NCBI GenBank assembly: GCA_963708025.1
Contig: CAVPSB010000002.1
Span: 1-64,000, forward strand
DNA length: 64,000 bases
Origin: an uncultured Candidatus Rokubacteria bacterium
GTDB lineage: Bacteria; Methylomirabilota; Methylomirabilia; Rokubacteriales; DASRDR01
Direction of reading: 5' to 3'
Shown: in pieces, positions 15,588-24,868 of the stretch
Layout of the letters: each line of letters opens with the position of its first letter
Numbering within the stretch: the stretch's first letter is position 1
The notes under the pieces: model-generated
What the model saw: the letters and a program-made list of their open reading frames with translations, nothing else
Databases searched by the model: none
What the model was told of the DNA's origin: nothing
Made by a program: the position numbers and the translations under genes

Positions 15588-16448
15588 CTAGCCAGCGCCC
15601 CGCGGTCTTCTGACCGACGCCCGCTTCCGCTCGTCCAATCGCGTGATTGCCGCTGCGGGGCGGGTGGCCTCGGGCTCCGCCCTGGCCGGCGGCTTGCGGG
15701 CCTGCTCGACCGAGCGGCGGAGAGCCTCCATAAGGTCAGCCGTCTCTGGCGGAGCGGGCGCCGCCTCGGGTACCTGAATCTCCTGTCCCTCCGCCTTCGC
15801 CCGGATGATGGCCCCGAGCGTCTCACGATACTCGTCCTTGTACTGCTCCGGGTCGAAGTCCTTCGACAGCGCCTCGATGTACTGCTCGGCGAAGTTGACC
15901 TCCGGCTCGCCGGGTTTCGTCAGCGTGGAGGCCGTCTCCAGCGGCCGTACCTCGTCAGCGTAGTAGAGCGTGTGCAACACGAGCCTGTCCGCGTTAGCGC
16001 GGAGCAGTGCGTAGTGCTGCCGATTGCTCATCACAAACGTGACGAGAGCGGCCTTCTTCGTGTTCTGGAGTGCCTTGAGGAAGACGCTGTACGCGCGCCC
16101 CATGTCCGGCTGTGGTGCGATGTAGTAGGAGGTCTCCAGGTAAACCGGGTCCACGACCTCCTGGTCCACGAACTGCACCACGTCGATCGCCCGCGAGCCG
16201 GCCTTGGCGGCCTTCTCAAAGTCGTCCTCGTCCATCACGACGAAGCCGCCGTCCCAGGGGTGGCCGCGGACCAGCTCCTTGCGCTCGACCTCGCGTTCGC
16301 ACGTCGGGCAATGGACCCGATAGTTGATCCGACTCCCGCAGGCGGCATGGACCTGGTGGAAGGCGATGGTGACCGGACGAGCAGCGACGTGAAGCTCAAC
16401 CGGGATCGAGACGAGACCGAACGTGATGATGCCTTTACGGGCCGCCAT
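15588..16448 (-). CDS. ku: Non-homologous end joining protein Ku
   Basis: GIITFGLVSIPVEL, CGSRINY...CPTC, LHTLYYADEVR, FDPEQYKDEY, DLMEALRRSV, basic tail. Confidence 0.95.
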   Translation of the reverse strand: MAARKGIITFGLVSIPVELHVAARPVTIAFHQVHAACGSRINYRVHCPTCEREVERKELVRGHPWDGGFVVMDEDDFEKAAKAGSRAIDVVQFVDQEVVDPVYLETSYYIAPQPDMGRAYSVFLKALQNTKKAALVTFVMSNRQHYALLRANADRLVLHTLYYADEVRPLETASTLTKPGEPEVNFAEQYIEALSKDFDPEQYKDEYRETLGAIIRAKAEGQEIQVPEAAPAPPETADLMEALRRSVEQARKPPARAEPEATRPAAAITRLDERKRASVRRPRGAG

Positions 16449-16851
16449 CGCCATCTCCTTTCCGCTACTTCGAGCCTGCACCCATCAGTATGCCACTCCG
16501 GCCCTTCTCGGTCGTTCCCCTGGCGGCTAGGGGGTAAGTCTCTTCGTCTCCTCGCGGTATAGTCGAACAGGCCGGCTTGAAATCGACATACCGAAAGTGT
16601 CGGCGTCCCGGAGTTGCGGAGGGCCCGACATTGGGGGTAGGAGGCCGAGATGGACGTTCGCGAGGGGGACCCGCGGTTCGGCGAGTTGGTTACGATGGAA
16701 CCGGAGGTCCGGGTCCCGGCGGTCCGAAGGACGAGGGGCCAAGGCGGGGGCTGGCCGCGGTTGCGGTGCTCGGGAGCGTACCAGTTCAGAGGTCGCCCGT
16801 TTGACCCAGCCCGCCGCCCGGCGTAGCATCCCGGGTCGGGAGGTTCCCGCC

Positions 16852-16950
16852 ATGATGCGGTTGGCCGTCGCCCTCCTTTCCATCGCGCTCCTCGTCGTGC
16901 CTCTCGCGGCCGAGGGGCGGCAGCTGGCAGAATCCTCTGTAGTCCCATAG
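16852..16950 (+). pseudogene. Signal-peptide-only fragment resembling an ABC substrate-binding protein N-terminus
   Basis: GGAGG RBS then MMRLAVALLSIALLVVPLAAEGRQ, followed by an early stop. Confidence 0.35.
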
Positions 16951-16962
16951 GAGGGCCATCCG

Positions 16963-17499
16963 ATGGCGCGCTGGACGATCCAGGATGTGCACACAGCGGC
17001 CGAGTTCTGCGTCCGGCACATGATGATTACGTTCGTGCGGGGGCACTTCAAGAACATCAGCGGCACGTTGGACTTCGATCCCGACCATCCCGAGCGGGCG
17101 TCGGCGCAAGTCGCGTTTGATGCCGCCTCGCTCTGGACCGGCGAACCCGAGCGGGATGACCATCTGCGAAGCGAGGACTTCCTGCACGTGCAGCGGTTCC
17201 CCACGATCAGCTTTCACAGCACGAAGGTCGAGCCGACCGCGCGCAACGAGTATCGTGTCACTGGCGATCTGACGATTCGCGGCGTGACCCGGCCGGTCAC
17301 GCTCGACGTCCGCCATTTAGGGCAAGGGCGCTCGCCCTTTGACGACACGCGCACTGGGTTCACGGCCAGCGCGCGGATCAATCGGCACGACTTTGGGGCA
17401 AGCTGGAACTCGGAGATGCAGGACGGCGGGGTCGTCGTCGGCGACGACGTATTCATTACGCTCGACGTCGAAGCGATTCTCGAAGAGGGACGGGCGTAG
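16963..17499 (+). CDS. YceI family polyisoprenoid-binding protein
   Basis: FCVRHMMITFVRGHF, RDDHLRSEDF, GDLTIRGVTRPV, INRHDFG. Confidence 0.93.
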   Translation: MARWTIQDVHTAAEFCVRHMMITFVRGHFKNISGTLDFDPDHPERASAQVAFDAASLWTGEPERDDHLRSEDFLHVQRFPTISFHSTKVEPTARNEYRVTGDLTIRGVTRPVTLDVRHLGQGRSPFDDTRTGFTASARINRHDFGASWNSEMQDGGVVVGDDVFITLDVEAILEEGRA

Positions 17500-17559
17500 G
17501 GCCCTTGACAGGCCGACCGCTCCGTCGAGCTGGTCTCGGACTACCGGACCGCATTGCGC

Positions 17560-17885
17560 TGATCCGCGTCCGTCTCGGCCTGTCCCAGGGCTTCGAGGAC
17601 CTCGAAGCGGTCACCATCTTGGACGTGTGCGGCTGGACCGCATATCGTCCGAATCTGCCGAAGATCCTCGTGACCACAACGGGCTTCCACGAAAACGTCA
17701 AAAGCCGGTTCGGCTTGCGCATCCCCGTCGATTGCCTCGCGGACGCCGTGGACGCGTCGCACTTCGACGCCTTCGTGCTGCCGGGAGGCTTTCACAGCCA
17801 TGGCTACGATGAGGCGTACGACCGACGGGTGCACGAGTTGGCCAGAGTGATTCATGAGGTAGCAGCCAATGCTAATTCCTCATAG
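17560..17885 (+). pseudogene. Truncated DJ-1/PfpI family protein
   Basis: GFEDLEAVTILDVCGW, FDAFVLPGGF; ends before the nucleophile-elbow Cys, near the island boundary; start approximate. Confidence 0.7.
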
Positions 17886-17957
17886 CCGGCGCGCCGCGCC
17901 TGACGTGAAAAATGTGAAGTCTGTCGCTGATATCCGGCTACTAGCGGGGTTTAGGGT

Positions 17958-18032
17958 TGGCTGGGGCGGGAGGATTCGAACCTCCGAATACGGGATCCAA
18001 AGTCCCGCGCCTTACCGCTTGGCCACGCCCCA
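17958..18032 (-). tRNA. tRNA-Gln(TTG)
   Basis: TGGGGCGTGGCCAAGCGGTAAGGCGCGGGACTTTGGATCCCGTATTCGGAGGTTCGAATCCTCCCGCCCCAGCCA. Confidence 0.97.
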
Positions 18033-18983
18033 AGCTCTCCGTCCCGTGGCCACGCTGGCCGCCGCCTCCCCGGCCGCGACCAGCGTGGGGCCCGCGACCG
18101 TCCGGGTCACCCAGGTGCGCCAGGGCCGGCCCGCCAGGCCCGCCTGAATGCGCCGGGCAGCGGCGCTCGTCGGCGCCACGCCGATCACGGTCGGGCCGCT
18201 GCCCGACATCACCGCCCCCAGGGCCCCGGCGCCCAGCACGGCGGCCTTCACCTCGGCGAGCCCGGGCCAGAGGCGCGCCGCCGCCGGCTCGAGCCCGTTC
18301 ACCAGACGCGCCGCGATCGTCGCCGGGCCGGCCAGCAGCCCCGCCACCAGGGCGCGGACCGCGGTGCCCCCGCCGAAGTCGCTCGGCTCGAGCCGCCCGT
18401 ACACCTCGCGGGTGGGCAGCGGGAGGCCCGGGTTGACCAGCACCAGCGGCACCGACCGGTGTTGCGGCACCGGCTCCAGAACGTCCCCACGGCCGGAGCC
18501 GAGCGCGGGCCCGTCGCCCAGAAAGAACGCCACGTCCATCCCGAGCGCGGTCGCGAGAGCATGCCACCGCGCCGCCGGCAGCGAGACCCGCCACAACCGG
18601 GCCAGGCCCATCAGCACCGCGGCCGCGTCTGCCGACCCCCCACCCAGTCCGGCCGCCACGGGGATTGCCTTGACGATCCGGATCCGGGCGCCGGCCCCGA
18701 CCCCCGCCTCGCGGCGCAGCAGGTCCGCAGCGCGCCACGCGAGATTGGCCGAGCCCGGGGGTACCTCGGGGCTCTCGCACTCGACCTCGATGCCGTCATC
18801 CCCGGACCTGCCCCCGTCGGTCGTCTCCAGAGTCACCCGGTCGGCAAGGTCAACGGCGGAGAGGAGGGTCAGGATCTCGTGGTACCCATCGGTCCGCCGG
18901 CTCAACACCTCGAGCCCCAGATTGACTTTCGCCCGGGCTCGCACGGTGAGCCGCCCGCGTTCGAGCACGGAAAACCCTAACAT
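18012..18983 (-). CDS. ispE: 4-diphosphocytidyl-2-C-methyl-D-erythritol kinase
   Basis: AKVNLGLEVL, DGYHEI, IPVAAGLGGGSADAA, MSGSGPT. Confidence 0.96.
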   Translation of the reverse strand: MLGFSVLERGRLTVRARAKVNLGLEVLSRRTDGYHEILTLLSAVDLADRVTLETTDGGRSGDDGIEVECESPEVPPGSANLAWRAADLLRREAGVGAGARIRIVKAIPVAAGLGGGSADAAAVLMGLARLWRVSLPAARWHALATALGMDVAFFLGDGPALGSGRGDVLEPVPQHRSVPLVLVNPGLPLPTREVYGRLEPSDFGGGTAVRALVAGLLAGPATIAARLVNGLEPAAARLWPGLAEVKAAVLGAGALGAVMSGSGPTVIGVAPTSAAARRIQAGLAGRPWRTWVTRTVAGPTLVAAGEAAASVATGRRAWGVAKR

Positions 18984-18998
18984 GACGGGAACTTCCTG

Positions 18999-19769
18999 TC
19001 AATCAAGACGCTCGATCGAAATGCCGGCCGGCACGGCGATCTCGAACGCGTCCGTCGGAACGGTCACGTACTCTCCCGAGACGTAGCGGAGGTGGATCTC
19101 CACCGACTCGCTCGGAACGTCCATGGTCAGGGCTTGGATCTGGCCGCTCAGCGTCCGCTCGAACGTGGCCGTGATGCGCCGGCCGTCCTCCAGCTCGACG
19201 CGCGCTGGGTCCCCGGCCGGGGTGACCCAGATCCGCTCCGTCAGGCGGCCGTCCTGGAAGACCAGGTGCGGTCCGCGGTCCTGGCCGGCGCGCGCCGCCA
19301 CCCCGTCCGGCGGCGGTGGAACATGGCCGGCGAGCAGCCGGATCAGCGACCCCGGCGGAATCGTGGCCCCGAGCCATCGCCTCACCGCCTGCGGCGTCGG
19401 CTGGGCCGACCAGCCTTGCCGCTCGGCGAGGTTCAGGACGAGCAGGCGCGCGGGTCCGAGGGTGATCACGAAGATGGGCAACCCGACCGGCGTGATCGCC
19501 TCGAGACGCAGGTGCGTGGGGGAGAGGAGGAGGCCGCCCGCGGTCCGCTGGACGAAGCCCTTCCGCGCCACCGTGAGGTCGATCGCGGCTCGGAGCCCGC
19601 GGAACTCCTGCCACTGGGCTTCCCAGCGCCGCACCAGCGCATCCGCCTCGCCGAGAGGCACGCCGGCCACGACCGGCGGGCGCCGCTCGGGGACGCTGGC
19701 GCACCCCGCGACGCCGAGGACGAGGACGAGGGCGAGCGCGGGAAGTCGCGGGCCGCGCCCGCCTCCCAC
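18999..19769 (-). CDS. Lipoprotein, LolB/DUF4292-like
   Basis: Lipobox VAGC; position between TPR gene and ispE matches the lolB position in other diderms. Confidence 0.6.
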   Translation of the reverse strand: MGGGRGPRLPALALVLVLGVAGCASVPERRPPVVAGVPLGEADALVRRWEAQWQEFRGLRAAIDLTVARKGFVQRTAGGLLLSPTHLRLEAITPVGLPIFVITLGPARLLVLNLAERQGWSAQPTPQAVRRWLGATIPPGSLIRLLAGHVPPPPDGVAARAGQDRGPHLVFQDGRLTERIWVTPAGDPARVELEDGRRITATFERTLSGQIQALTMDVPSESVEIHLRYVSGEYVTVPTDAFEIAVPAGISIERLD

Positions 19770-21511
19770 TACTGCTTCCGACCTTCCCGCTGCTGACGGA
19801 CCTGCTGGAGCTTGCGCTTGACCGTCTCGTTCGCCGGATCCAGCTCCAGCGCCTTCTCCCAGGCCCGCAGCGCCTCGCTCTCGTTGCCGACCTTCTGGTG
19901 GGCGTCGCCGAGATGGTCGTAGATGACGGCGTCTTCCTTGCCGCGGGTCAGCTCGACCGCGCGGGACAGCTCCCGGAGGGCCTCCTGGTAGCGACCCTGC
20001 TGGTAGAAGGCCCAGCCGAGGCTGTCGATGTAGTAGCCGTTGTCTGGCTCCAGCTCCAGCGCCTTCTTGATGAGCTGCTCGGCCTCGTCCAGGCGGACCC
20101 CTCGCTCGGCGAACATGTAGCCAACGTAGTTGTAGGCCTCGGCGTACTTGGGGTCGAGGCCGATCACCCGCCGGAACTGGCTCACCGAGTCGTCGAACTT
20201 GCCCTGCTTCTCGTAGGCGATGCCGAGCTGGAAGTGGAGGTCCTTGTGCTTGTCGTCGAGGATGAGGCCTTCCTGGTAGGCGGCCACGGCGCGGTCGTAC
20301 TGGTTCGCGCGGTAGTAGGCCATGCCCAGATAGAGGAACAGCTCCGGCCGCTTGGGATCGAGGTTGATGGCCTCGCGCAGGACGGCGATCGCCTCGTCGT
20401 AGCGCTTGGCGCGGCTGTGGAGGAAGCCGAGCTGGAGCCGGGCGTCGATCGACCGGGGGTCGGATCGCAGCACTTCCTTGAGCTCCTGCAGCGCCTCGGC
20501 CTCGCGCCCGGCGTCGAGGTACGCCGAGGAGAGGTAGAACCTCGCGCGAAGATTCGTCGGCTCGAGCGTGAGGACGCGGCGGAAGGCCGCGATCGCCTGG
20601 TCGTAGGCCTTCTGCTCGTACTGGACCGCCCCCAGCTTGATCCAGACCCGGGGATCGCTAGGCATCTGATCGGCGAGCGTCGCGTATTCCTCGCTGGCGT
20701 CGCGATACTTGCCGAGGCGGATCAACAGCTCACCGAGCCGGTCGCGCAGGGCCGGGTTATCGGGATTCGCCTCCACGGCCTGCCGCAGGACGGCGACCGC
20801 CTCGTCCTCGCGCTTCTGCTGCTCGTACACCGAGGCCAGCGCGGCCCAGGCGCCGTCCTGATCCGGATCCAGCTCTACCGCCCGGCGCAGGAGGCGGATG
20901 GCCTCGTCCCAGTTCTCGCGCTCGGCGGCGATTCGGCCGAGCAGGTAGTGAGCCCGCGCGTGGCGCGGCTGCACCTGGATCAGCCGCTCCAGGACGGCGC
21001 GGGCTCGGTCGAGATCCTTGCGTTCCGCGTAGTAGCGGGCGAGCGTCTCGTACGCCTCGGGGGCAGCGGGATCCAGCCGGATCGCCTGCTCCAGCTCGGC
21101 CGCCGCCTGGTCGTCCTTCTTCTGGGCGTGGTACAGCTCGGCCAGGGTCAGCCGCGCGGATACCGATCCAGGGTCGAGGGCCAGGCCCTTCTGGGCGGCG
21201 CCGACCGCCTCCCCGTACGCCTCCTGTCGCCCGAGCCAGCGGGCGAGTTGGATCCAGAGCGTGGCGCTCTTGGGGTCCCGCTCGATCGCCCGGCGCATCT
21301 CGGCGATCGCCTCGCCGGTCCTCCCGGCCTGGGCGTAGAGGTGCGCCATGGAAGCGTGCAGGTAGGCCGTCGCGTCGGCCGGGCGCCGCGGCGCCGCGGT
21401 CGCGGGGCGCGCCGGGGTCTCGCTCGATACGGTACCCGGGGGGGGCGCTGCCGCACAGCCCAGGAACAGCGCGAGGACCAGAGCGGACGGCCAGCCGCGG
21501 GAAAACCTCAT
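19769..21511 (-). CDS. TPR-repeat lipoprotein
   Basis: FLGC lipobox, many TPRs, AYNYVGY...YIDSLGWAFY...IYDHLGD. Confidence 0.92.
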   Translation of the reverse strand: MRFSRGWPSALVLALFLGCAAAPPPGTVSSETPARPATAAPRRPADATAYLHASMAHLYAQAGRTGEAIAEMRRAIERDPKSATLWIQLARWLGRQEAYGEAVGAAQKGLALDPGSVSARLTLAELYHAQKKDDQAAAELEQAIRLDPAAPEAYETLARYYAERKDLDRARAVLERLIQVQPRHARAHYLLGRIAAERENWDEAIRLLRRAVELDPDQDGAWAALASVYEQQKREDEAVAVLRQAVEANPDNPALRDRLGELLIRLGKYRDASEEYATLADQMPSDPRVWIKLGAVQYEQKAYDQAIAAFRRVLTLEPTNLRARFYLSSAYLDAGREAEALQELKEVLRSDPRSIDARLQLGFLHSRAKRYDEAIAVLREAINLDPKRPELFLYLGMAYYRANQYDRAVAAYQEGLILDDKHKDLHFQLGIAYEKQGKFDDSVSQFRRVIGLDPKYAEAYNYVGYMFAERGVRLDEAEQLIKKALELEPDNGYYIDSLGWAFYQQGRYQEALRELSRAVELTRGKEDAVIYDHLGDAHQKVGNESEALRAWEKALELDPANETVKRKLQQVRQQREGRKQ

Positions 21512-21990
21512 CGGGATACCTCTCCTCCGGCGCGTCCCGTCCCGGTGGCGCGCATGGCGCGCCCGATGGCGTTCGCGAGATCCGGGCGGTCCCGGACGGG
21601 CGCCAGCACCGCGTCGATCGTGGTCGTGTCCTGAGGCTCGGGTTGCCGGCCGGGGTCGGAGTCCTCGGCCGGCGGGTCGGAACCGGCCGCCGCCGGGTGG
21701 GGCCCGGCCAGGGAGGCCAGACGGAATCGGATGGCCCGGACGCTCACCGCCGGGGCGACGGCGCGGCATCGGGTGAGGAGAGCCGGCTCGTCCAGCGTGA
21801 GCCGGTGGAGCCAGCCCGAGCTCGCCACGGCGACGTGCAGCACCCCGTCCTCGACCGACTCAGCCCGCGATCGGGCACCCCCCGCACCGGCGAGCTCGGG
21901 CCAGGCCGCGAGCAGCCGAGCCTCGGCCAGGCGCTCGGCCACCCCCGGCAGCGCGACGAGCAGGTCTCCGACGCGAACGGGTTCACCCAT
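21508..21990 (-). CDS. DUF721/DciA family protein
   Basis: AWPELAG...DGVLHVAVASSGWLHRL. Confidence 0.75.
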   Translation of the reverse strand: MGEPVRVGDLLVALPGVAERLAEARLLAAWPELAGAGGARSRAESVEDGVLHVAVASSGWLHRLTLDEPALLTRCRAVAPAVSVRAIRFRLASLAGPHPAAAGSDPPAEDSDPGRQPEPQDTTTIDAVLAPVRDRPDLANAIGRAMRATGTGRAGGEVSR

Positions 21991-23311
21991 CAGGCAACTG
22001 CCCGGAGCTTACCACGGTCAGGCGGCGCTCGACCCGGCGCATGTCTGCCGCCACGACGGAGGCGGCGGCCAGCGCGATCAGCCCCGCGAAGAAGACGATC
22101 ACCGGGAGGAGCAGCATCGCCCCCTGGAGCGACCGCCGGTCCGAGATCAGGCCCACGACGAAGGGTGACAGGGCGGCGCCGCCGACGTTGATCAGGAACA
22201 CGAAGATCGCCAGGGCCGTCGCCCGGAGCCCGGGCTCGACGACGTTGTGGATCACCGCGTTGACGCTGCCGACGTAGAGCAGGAGGAAGAAGACCGCTCC
22301 GAAGAGCGCGGGCAGGAACACGCCCCGGTTGGGGTTGAGCAGCACCACCAGCCCGAGGGGGGCCGACGCGATGAAGCCGGTCGCGATGGTCAGGAGGTGG
22401 CCGGCCGGCGTTCGCCGCGTCAGTGTGTCGCCGACGAAGCCGCCGACGACGACGCCAAGGAAGCCGCCGGATGCCGACAGCGCGCCGAACCAGAAGCTCG
22501 CTTCCGGAACGGAGAAGCGCTTGACGCGATGGAGGTAGAGCGGGAGCCAGTGGTTGAAGGCGCTGATGGCGAAGGCGACCAGCATGCCGACGGCGCATAC
22601 CATGACGAAGGTCGGGGTCCGGAGGAGGCTGCCGATGCCCGCGAGGATCGGGGGCGCCGCCGCCGCCGCCGGCAGGGCGCCGTCGACGCCCCGCGGCCCG
22701 TCCGCAGCCAGGATGTCCTGGCCGCCGCGCGGCGGGTCGCCGAGTCGCCAGGCCAGCCACGCCAGCACGAGGCTCGGGACGCCGACCAGCAGGAACGCGG
22801 CGCGCCAGCCGTAGCGGCTGCCGATGACGCCGCCCACGATCACGCCGATCGCCCCCCCGAGCGGGATCGCGGCGTTGAACAGCCCATTCACCAGGCCCCG
22901 GCGGGACTTCGGGAACAGGTCCGACACCATGGCCGTGGCCGTCGGGCCGTACGAGGCCTCCCCGATCCCGACCAGGGCGCGCGTGAAGAAGAGCTGCCCG
23001 TACGAGCGGGCCACGCCGGACAGGAAGGTCGCCGCCCCCCATACGGCCACGCCGACCGCGATGAGCCGGTTCCGGGAGATCCGATCGCCCAGCACCCCGA
23101 GCGGAATCGATCCCAGGAGGTAGAGGATCGTGAAGGCCGAGGCCAGCGCCCCCAGCGCGGTGTCGGAGAGCACCAGGTCGTCCTGCACCAGCGGGAGGAC
23201 CCCGGACATGATCTGGCGGTCCACGTAGTTGAACAGGTTGACCAGGAACAGAACCGCCAGCGCGTAACGCGCGTAACTCGGGGAGAACACGGCGGGCGTC
23301 GAAGTGGTCAT
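21983..23311 (-). CDS. MFS transporter (Spinster-like)
   Basis: NLFNYVDRQ, GDRISRNRL, RALVGIGEASY; about 12 TM segments. Confidence 0.9.
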   Translation of the reverse strand: MTTSTPAVFSPSYARYALAVLFLVNLFNYVDRQIMSGVLPLVQDDLVLSDTALGALASAFTILYLLGSIPLGVLGDRISRNRLIAVGVAVWGAATFLSGVARSYGQLFFTRALVGIGEASYGPTATAMVSDLFPKSRRGLVNGLFNAAIPLGGAIGVIVGGVIGSRYGWRAAFLLVGVPSLVLAWLAWRLGDPPRGGQDILAADGPRGVDGALPAAAAAPPILAGIGSLLRTPTFVMVCAVGMLVAFAISAFNHWLPLYLHRVKRFSVPEASFWFGALSASGGFLGVVVGGFVGDTLTRRTPAGHLLTIATGFIASAPLGLVVLLNPNRGVFLPALFGAVFFLLLYVGSVNAVIHNVVEPGLRATALAIFVFLINVGGAALSPFVVGLISDRRSLQGAMLLLPVIVFFAGLIALAAASVVAADMRRVERRLTVVSSGQLPDG

Positions 23312-23479
23312 CCGGCGATGTTGGGACCGTATCGGGCCCTTATCCTAGCACGCGACCTAGTATCGTCCAACTTTGCCGGCGCGAGGCCCACTACCAGGCG
23401 CGACGTCAGGCGCGACGCGGACTTGCACGACGTGGCGGGCGTTTGACGCCACTGCCCGCCTGTCGTAGCATGCCCGATC

Positions 23480-24853
23480 ATGGCCCGCGTGACCCGAGGC
23501 GATCTCTTGGCCGTGGACGTGACCGACCTGGCCTTCGGCGGCGAGGGGGTCGCGCGGGCGGGCGGCTTCGTCGTTTTCGTGCCGGGCGGCGTGCCCGGCG
23601 ACCACCTCGAGGTCCGGCTCACCCAGGTTCGCCCCCGCTTCGCCCGCGGCGAGATCGAGCGGGTGGTGACGCCGTCAGGGCTGCGGACCGAGCCGCCGTG
23701 TCCGTACTTCGGTCGCTGTGGGGGCTGCCGTCTCCAGCACGTCCGGTACGAGGCCCAGCTCGAGTTCAAGGAGCGCCAGGTGGGCGAGTGCCTGTCACGG
23801 CTGGGTGGGTTGGGCCCGGCCGACTCCATCCCGATCCGGCCGATCATCGCCGCCGTCGAGACCTTCGGCTACCGGAACAAGATGGAGTTCACCTTCGCCG
23901 AGGCCGACGGGCAGGCGATCGTGGGCCTCCACGAGGCGGAGCGCTACGACCGCATCCTGGACATCGAGCGGTGCCTGCTGCAGTCCGATGCGATGAACGC
24001 CGTCCTGGCCGAGGTGCGGGCCTTCGTCCGCGAGCGGGGCTGGCAGGTCTACCAGCCGGAGCGCGAGGAAGGCCTGCTGCGCTTCCTGGTGCTGAGGGAG
24101 GGGCGGGCGACGGGGGAGCGCATGGTGAACCTGGTCACGGCCTCGCCCGACGTGGCGACCGCTCGCAACCTGGCCGAGCGGCTCCAGGCGCGGTGCCCGG
24201 GGGTGACGGCCGTCGTGCTCAACGTAAACCCGAAGAAGGCGGCGGTGGCGGTCGGGGTCGAGGAGCATCCCATCGCCGGCAACGAGCGGATCCGCGAGCG
24301 ACTGGGCGGCCTCGACTTCACCATCTCGGCGAACTCGTTCTTCCAGACCAACACCCGGCAGGCCGAGCGGCTCTTCGGCCTCGTCGTCGAGTACGCGGCG
24401 CTGACTGGACGGGAGACGGTCTTCGACCTCTATTCGGGGACGGGCGCCATCAGCCTCCTGCTGGCGCGCCAGGCCCAGGCCGTCTACGGCATCGAGCTGG
24501 TGCCGGCGGCGATCGAGGACGCGACGCGGAACGCGGCCTCCAACGGGATCACCAACTGCACGTTCCTGGCCGGCGAGGTCCGGCACGTGCTGCCGGATCT
24601 CCTGCGCAAGGGCATCCGGGCCGAGGTCGTCGTGGCCGATCCGCCCCGGGCGGGGTTCCACCCGAAGGCCCTGCGCGCCGTCCTCGCGCTGGCCCCCGGC
24701 CGCGTCGTCTACGTCTCCTGCAACCCGGGCACCCTCGCCCGGGATCTCGGCGTGCTCCGGGCGGGCGGGTACCGGATCACGGCCGTGCAGCCGATCGACA
24801 TGTTCCCGCACACCCCGCACATCGAGGTCGTCGCCACCCTCGAGCGCGGCTGA
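23480..24853 (+). CDS. rlmD: 23S rRNA (uracil-5)-methyltransferase RlmD
   Basis: TRAM domain, CPYFGRCGGC, SFFQTN, DPPRAG, YVSCNP, DMFPHTPHIE. Confidence 0.95.
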   Translation: MARVTRGDLLAVDVTDLAFGGEGVARAGGFVVFVPGGVPGDHLEVRLTQVRPRFARGEIERVVTPSGLRTEPPCPYFGRCGGCRLQHVRYEAQLEFKERQVGECLSRLGGLGPADSIPIRPIIAAVETFGYRNKMEFTFAEADGQAIVGLHEAERYDRILDIERCLLQSDAMNAVLAEVRAFVRERGWQVYQPEREEGLLRFLVLREGRATGERMVNLVTASPDVATARNLAERLQARCPGVTAVVLNVNPKKAAVAVGVEEHPIAGNERIRERLGGLDFTISANSFFQTNTRQAERLFGLVVEYAALTGRETVFDLYSGTGAISLLLARQAQAVYGIELVPAAIEDATRNAASNGITNCTFLAGEVRHVLPDLLRKGIRAEVVVADPPRAGFHPKALRAVLALAPGRVVYVSCNPGTLARDLGVLRAGGYRITAVQPIDMFPHTPHIEVVATLERG

Positions 24854-24868
24854 CCACCGGCGGGACGC

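Larger units (their letters stand above)
13744..17957. mobile_element. Decayed genomic island integrated in tRNA-Gln
   Basis: Bounded by intact tRNA-Gln and its 3' fragment; contains an integrase remnant; interrupts the ispE-tRNA-Gln-prs order. Confidence 0.85.
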
